Shown here one piece after another: positions 58,920 through 64,000 of a DNA stretch of 64,000 nucleotides. The position numbers were made by a program, and so were the translations under genes. The notes under the pieces were generated by a model. It saw nothing but the letters and a program-made list of their open reading frames with translations. It was not told the origin of the DNA and did not search any database. The stretch covers positions 115,616 through 179,615 of the forward strand of contig DASTYN010000002.1 of assembly GCA_035764905.1 (NCBI GenBank), read 5' to 3'. Source of the DNA: Candidatus Lumbricidiphila sp. (GTDB lineage: Bacteria > Actinomycetota > Actinomycetes > Actinomycetales > Microbacteriaceae). Position 1 is the first letter of the stretch; each line of letters starts with the position of its first letter.

Positions 58920-60323
58920 GTGGCTGACAACGCCGCCGACTACCGAATCGAACACGACACGATGGGTGAGGTGCGCGTTCCGGTGAACGCCCTCTATCGT
59001 GCGCAGACCCAGCGAGCCGTCGAGAACTTCCCGATCTCGGGCAAGGGGCTCGAGGCCTCGCAGATCAGCGCGCTCGCGCGCATCAAGCGCGCCGCCGCCC
59101 TCGCGAACAAGCAGCTCGGCGTGCTCGACGGGGCGATCGCTGACGCGATCGTTGCCGCCGCCGACGACGTGATCGCCGACACTGCATCGCTCATGGAACA
59201 CTTCCCGGTCGACGTGTACCAGACCGGTTCTGGCACCTCGTCGAACATGAACATGAACGAGGTGCTCGCGACCCTCGCGACCGAGAAGCTCGGCGCCCCG
59301 GTGCACCCGAACGACCACGTGAACTGCTCGCAGTCGTCGAACGATGTGTTCCCGACCTCGGTGCACATCGCCGTGACGGCGGCACTCGTTGACGACCTGA
59401 TCCCGGCGCTCGACCACCTCGCCGTCTCGCTCGAGGCAAAGGCAACGCTGTGGGCTGGGCTCGTCAAGGCAGGCCGCACCCACCTCATGGACGCCACCCC
59501 GGTCACGCTCGGTCAGGAATTCGGCGGCTACGCGCGCCAGATTCGCCTCGGCATCGACCGGGTGCGCACCGCGCTCCCCCGCGTCGCCGAAGTGCCGCTC
59601 GGCGGCACCGCGGTCGGCACTGGCATCAACACCCCGGCCGGGTTCCCGCAGCTCGTCATCTCGATTCTGCAGGCCGACACCGAACTGCCGATCACCGAGG
59701 CGCTCGACCACTTCGAGGCCCAGGCGAACCGCGATGGCTTGGTGGATGCCTCGGGCGCACTGCGCACCATCGCAGTCAGCCTCACCAAGATCTGCAACGA
59801 CATTCGTTGGATGGGCTCAGGCCCGAACACCGGCCTCGGCGAACTGCACATTCCAGACCTGCAGCCGGGCTCGTCGATCATGCCGGGCAAGGTGAACCCG
59901 GTCGTGCCAGAAGCCGTGCTCATGGTCGCCGCCCGGGTCATCGGCAACGACGCGACCGTGGCGTGGGGCGGGGCATCCGGTGCGTTTGAACTGAACGTGG
60001 CGATCCCGGTGATGGGTACCGCAGTGCTCGAGTCGATCCGTCTGCTCGCCAACGCCACCCGGGTGCTCGCCGACAAGACCATCGACGGGCTTGAGGCGAA
60101 CGAAGAGCGCGTGAAGGCACTCGCCGGCATGTCACCGTCGATCGTCACCCCACTGAACAAGTTGATCGGCTACGAAGCCGCCGCGAAGATCGCAAAGCAC
60201 TCGGTGAAGCAGGGCATCACGGTTCGCGAAGCGGTGCTTGACCTCGGCTACGTCGAACGTGGCGAGATCACCGAGGCACAGCTCGACAGCGCCCTCGACC
60301 TGCTCTCGATGACGCACCCGTAG
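58920..60323 (+). CDS. fumC: Class II fumarate hydratase
   Basis: [34 protein letters not shown], signature [11 protein letters not shown]. Confidence 0.97.
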   Translation: MADNAADYRIEHDTMGEVRVPVNALYRAQTQRAVENFPISGKGLEASQISALARIKRAAALANKQLGVLDGAIADAIVAAADDVIADTASLMEHFPVDVYQTGSGTSSNMNMNEVLATLATEKLGAPVHPNDHVNCSQSSNDVFPTSVHIAVTAALVDDLIPALDHLAVSLEAKATLWAGLVKAGRTHLMDATPVTLGQEFGGYARQIRLGIDRVRTALPRVAEVPLGGTAVGTGINTPAGFPQLVISILQADTELPITEALDHFEAQANRDGLVDASGALRTIAVSLTKICNDIRWMGSGPNTGLGELHIPDLQPGSSIMPGKVNPVVPEAVLMVAARVIGNDATVAWGGASGAFELNVAIPVMGTAVLESIRLLANATRVLADKTIDGLEANEERVKALAGMSPSIVTPLNKLIGYEAAAKIAKHSVKQGITVREAVLDLGYVERGEITEAQLDSALDLLSMTHP

Positions 60324-60332
60324 GAGGGCACG

Positions 60333-61379
60333 ATGTCGCAGGCCCACGCGTACGCCGCATTCTCGGCCGACGGTCCGCTCGAACCGCACCTCATCGAGCG
60401 GCGCGAGGTCGGCCCGAACGATGTGCTCATCAACATCGAATGGGCGGGCATCTGCCATTCCGATATCCACACCGTGCGCGGTGATTGGGGCAAGCAGCGC
60501 TACCCGCTCACCGTCGGTCACGAGATCGTCGGCACGGTCGCCGCAGTCGGCGCGGACGTCACCTCACGCCAGGTGGGCGAGCGGGTCGGCGTCGGATGCC
60601 TCGTCAACTCGTGCCGCGAGTGTGAGGCCTGCCGCGCCGGGTTCGAGCAGTACTGCACCGAGGGCGCAATCGGTACCTATGCGACGATCGACCGCGACGG
60701 CACCATCACCCAGGGCGGCTACTCGACGTCGATCGTGGTTGACGCCGACTTCGTGCTTCGGGTGCCGGAGTCAATTCCGGTGCACGCGGCTGCGCCGCTG
60801 CTCTGCGCCGGCATCACCACGTACTCGCCGCTTCGCGCCTGGGGTGCGGGCCCCGGCAAGCGTGTTGCGGTCGTCGGCCTTGGCGGACTCGGGCACATGG
60901 CGGTGAAACTCGCGCACGCGATGGGCGCCGAGGTCACCGTGCTCTCGCACAGTGACCGCAAGCGCGAAGACGCTGCTCGGCTCGGCGCCGATCACTTCTA
61001 CGCCACGAGCGACCCAACCACGTTTAACGCATTGAAGAACCGGTTCGACCTCATCGTGAACACGGTGAGCGCCCAACTCGACGTCGACGCGTACCTGAAG
61101 CTACTCGGCATGCGGGGCACCATGGTGAACGTCGGCGCCCCGCCGGAGCCCGCCGCGGTGACACTCTTCACGCTCTTCACGAATCAGCGGTCATTCTCGG
61201 GGTCGTCGATTGGCGGCATCCGCGAGACCCAGGAAATGCTTGATTTCTGCGCAGAGCATGGCATCGCCGCCGACGTCGAGGTGATTCGCGCCGACCAGAT
61301 CAATGAGGCCTGGCAACGGGTACTCGACTCGGACGTGCGCTACCGGTTCGTGATCGACGCATCGACCTTCGCGGCGTAA
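60333..61379 (+). CDS. Zn-dependent NAD(P) alcohol dehydrogenase (cinnamyl-ADH/AdhC-like)
   Basis: GICHSD, GHEIVG, structural Zn C-x2-C-x2-C-x7-[15 protein letters not shown]. Confidence 0.94.
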   Translation: MSQAHAYAAFSADGPLEPHLIERREVGPNDVLINIEWAGICHSDIHTVRGDWGKQRYPLTVGHEIVGTVAAVGADVTSRQVGERVGVGCLVNSCRECEACRAGFEQYCTEGAIGTYATIDRDGTITQGGYSTSIVVDADFVLRVPESIPVHAAAPLLCAGITTYSPLRAWGAGPGKRVAVVGLGGLGHMAVKLAHAMGAEVTVLSHSDRKREDAARLGADHFYATSDPTTFNALKNRFDLIVNTVSAQLDVDAYLKLLGMRGTMVNVGAPPEPAAVTLFTLFTNQRSFSGSSIGGIRETQEMLDFCAEHGIAADVEVIRADQINEAWQRVLDSDVRYRFVIDASTFAA

Positions 61380-61440
61380 GCCGGGCGCCAGCGGGCGAAG
61401 GTGCCTAGCGGCGCCACGCATTCAGTGCGAGAGTTACAGC

Positions 61441-62976
61441 ATGGCCGCCTCCGGTGGTGAGATCAGCACCGACGTGCTCATCGTCGGTGCAGGCCCGAGC
61501 GGGCTGATGCTGGCGGTTTGTCTGGCGAAACTCGGCGTTGACGCACTCATCATTGACGGCAAACTGGGCCCCACGCGTGAATCACGGGCGCTCGCGGTGC
61601 AGGCCCGTTCCATGGAGCTCTACGACCAACTGGGGCTCGTCGACCGGGTGCTTGCGGAGCGTTCCCCGGCGACCGTGGTGGTGCCAGGCACCCCAGACCG
61701 CGTGTTCGGCCGGCTCGAACTGCGTGCCATCTCGACGGGCCTCACCCCGTACGGTGAGGTGACGGTGTTCGAGCAGAGCGCGAACGAGCGGCTGCTCGCC
61801 GACACGCTCGACCGCGCCGGGCGGCCGGCGCGATGGGGGTGGGAGCTCACCGAACTCGAGGTGGTCGACGCAGGCGCGGTCACCGCCACCGTGACCACAC
61901 CATCCGGGCCGGCCACCATTCACGCCCGCTACTGCGTCGGCGCCGACGGCGCGCACTCACGTGTGCGCCAGCACCTCGGCATCGCCTTCGAAGGCATCAC
62001 CAACGTCCACACGTTCTACCTCGTCGACGCAACTGGAGTCACCGGTCTCACCGACGGCGCGGTGAACATGCGGGTCACCGCTGATCACTACTTGCTCAGT
62101 TTCCCGATGGGCACATCGGCGAGCGGCCGGTCGCGCATGCGGTTGCTGGGCGTCGTGCACGATCGCGACCGCGACCCCAACGGCGAGTTGCCTGAGCCGC
62201 GAGTGCGCGCATTCCTCGCCCGCGAGTTCGGCGTCGGGTACGACGATGCGGACTGGTTCACGACCTACCGCCTCCATCATCGACTTGCGGCGAGGTTTCG
62301 GGTCGGCCCGTGTTTTCTCGTCGGGGATGCCGCGCATATCCATTCCCCGGTCGGTGCGCAGGGTATGAACACCGGGCTGCAAGAAGCCCACAATCTCGCT
62401 TGCGCACTCGCCGACGTGCTGCTCGGCGGTATGCCCGATTCGCGCCTCGATCGCTATGAGGCCGAGCGGCGGCCCGTCGGCAAGATTCTGGTCTCGACGA
62501 CCGACCGGGCGTTCGCGCTGGTGACGTCGAGGTCGCCGCTCGCCCGGTTCATTCGTGGGCGAATCGTTCCGCTGATTGGCCCGATCGCGGTGCGCGTGCT
62601 GCCCCGCCTCTTCGGCGGCAAGCGCGTCTTCGGGTACCTCTCGCAGATTCGCATTCGCTATCGACTGCCGGATGCCTCGGGCGACCGCCGCTCGCGGGTA
62701 CTGGGTCGGCGGCTGCCGTGGACCGGCGACAACTATGCACCGCTGCGCGCATTCGAATGGCAACTGCACGGGTACGGCGTGCCAGCAACCGCGGTAACCC
62801 GGATTGCCGGTGAACTCGGCGTGGCTGGGCACGCCTTCCCGCGTGATGCCCAGGGCCGGCTGCTGCGCGATCGCGTGTACCTCATTCGCCGCGACGGGTT
62901 TGTCGTGGCCGAGATCCGCTCACCGGGGCAGGGCGCCGACCTCGACGGCGCCCGGGCAATGCTGCGCGGGGCGTGA
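61441..62976 (+). CDS. FAD-dependent monooxygenase (PheA/TfdB-like)
   Basis: IVGAGPSGL, DG motif VGADGAHS, GD motif LVGDAAHIHSPVGAQGMNTG. Confidence 0.92.
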   Translation: MAASGGEISTDVLIVGAGPSGLMLAVCLAKLGVDALIIDGKLGPTRESRALAVQARSMELYDQLGLVDRVLAERSPATVVVPGTPDRVFGRLELRAISTGLTPYGEVTVFEQSANERLLADTLDRAGRPARWGWELTELEVVDAGAVTATVTTPSGPATIHARYCVGADGAHSRVRQHLGIAFEGITNVHTFYLVDATGVTGLTDGAVNMRVTADHYLLSFPMGTSASGRSRMRLLGVVHDRDRDPNGELPEPRVRAFLAREFGVGYDDADWFTTYRLHHRLAARFRVGPCFLVGDAAHIHSPVGAQGMNTGLQEAHNLACALADVLLGGMPDSRLDRYEAERRPVGKILVSTTDRAFALVTSRSPLARFIRGRIVPLIGPIAVRVLPRLFGGKRVFGYLSQIRIRYRLPDASGDRRSRVLGRRLPWTGDNYAPLRAFEWQLHGYGVPATAVTRIAGELGVAGHAFPRDAQGRLLRDRVYLIRRDGFVVAEIRSPGQGADLDGARAMLRGA

Positions 62977-62990
62977 CGGTTGGCGACAAC

Positions 62991-64000
62991 CTACGGGTAG
63001 CCGAGGAACCAGAGCAGCACGATGCCAACCGGTTGCAGGAGTGCGCCACCCACGAGCAGCGGCCACTGCAGCCGTCGACGCGTAATCGCCGGGTCGCCGA
63101 ACATCGGCGCCGCCGGCAACAGCAAACGGAACGTCGATTGCTGCGGCAAGAACACTGCGATCAGGTAGAGCAGGTACGACCCGGTGAACGCGATCGTCGC
63201 ATCACCGAGGCCGCGCCGCCAGGCACGCCACACCCACCAGCCGGCCAGGGCAAACACGGCGAGCGCCGCGACCACACCGATTGGGCCGAGGTAGCGCGAG
63301 ACCATCAAGAACCACGGGGTGAGCGGAACATACTCGGGTCGCCCGACGAAGCCCGTCCACCACGAGAGCTCGGTTTCGAGATATGCATGCGGATGCCCCG
63401 TCACCGCGTCGGCGATCGCCGGCCAGGCGAGCCCCGCCACGGCGATGCCGAGCGCGGCGATCCCCATGCGCACGAGGGTGCCCCACGGAGTCGGGCTGAG
63501 CTGGCGTGTCCCCGAGCCATCCATCACCGGACTCGCGGTCGCGTCGCGGTCGCCAGCCGAAGCCCCGCGCCAGGCGGCAAGCCGCGGCGAGTACCGGGTC
63601 GCAACACCCCAAACAACGACCAGCCCGAAGCCCAGCGCGAGCGCGAGCGCGCCGGGGCGGGTGAATGCGGCAAGCGCCCCGAGCAGCAGCGCGACTTCGT
63701 ACCGACCACGATCGAACGCGAGCAGCGCCCCGAAGATCAGCAGCAACGCAAGCGACTCGGCATATGCCGCTTGGAGAATGAACGCCACCGGACCGAACGA
63801 TGTGATCGCGACCGCCCACAGTGCGGGGCGCTCCCCCACCCGGCCAGCGACGAGCCGACTGAGCACCAGCATCGCCCCGGCACCGGCGACGACCGAGATG
63901 AGCACCCCTGCCACCCAGAACTCGAGGCCGGTGAGCATCAACGCCCGCGCGAGCCACGGGAACATCGGCAGAAACGCCCACGGGTTCGGCCGCACGTTGC
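62991..64000 (-). CDS. GT-C-type (PIG-V/mannosyltransferase-like) membrane protein, 5' end beyond the window
   Basis: WAFLPMFP, AAYAESL, FTRP, WPAIA, AYLETELSWW; multi-TM. Confidence 0.7.
   Translation of the reverse strand, partial: NVRPNPWAFLPMFPWLARALMLTGLEFWVAGVLISVVAGAGAMLVLSRLVAGRVGERPALWAVAITSFGPVAFILQAAYAESLALLLIFGALLAFDRGRYEVALLLGALAAFTRPGALALALGFGLVVVWGVATRYSPRLAAWRGASAGDRDATASPVMDGSGTRQLSPTPWGTLVRMGIAALGIAVAGLAWPAIADAVTGHPHAYLETELSWWTGFVGRPEYVPLTPWFLMVSRYLGPIGVVAALAVFALAGWWVWRAWRRGLGDATIAFTGSYLLYLIAVFLPQQSTFRLLLPAAPMFGDPAITRRRLQWPLLVGGALLQPVGIVLLWFLGYP

Overview
High-GC actinobacterial chromosome segment whose gene set and order resemble Microbacteriaceae (inference). Most of it is intact housekeeping DNA: typA, an Opp-type peptide ABC transporter, kup, gcvT-H-P under a tandem glycine riboswitch, nadA-nadB-nadC-cysteine desulfurase, TPM-pspA, metH, higBA, ychF, rmuC, glpX/fbaA, ispH, xseAB, carbonic anhydrase and fumC. 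I saw no rRNA, tRNA or CRISPR array. Four things stand out. (1) A 963-aa ORF fuses a whole ECF transporter (T component, two ATPases, S component). It follows a DUF4430-like lipoprotein and converges on B12-dependent metH, so it is a candidate one-chain corrinoid importer. (2) A four-gene cluster (aldehyde dehydrogenase, covalent-FAD oxidase, NCS1 permease, guanidinobutyrase-like ureohydrolase) looks like an uncharacterised route for catabolising a guanidino compound. (3) A 3332-bp plasmid/ICE-like mosaic splits an SDR gene at an AACCC microhomology. It carries a serine-resolvase stub, a poly-G-frameshifted winged-helix gene, a beta/gamma-crystallin-like secreted protein, an ECF sigma/anti-sigma pair and an ssb fragment. 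(4) A 94-bp res-like scar truncates an ABC exporter gene next to ispH. Family assignments come from motif recognition by eye; no searches were run.
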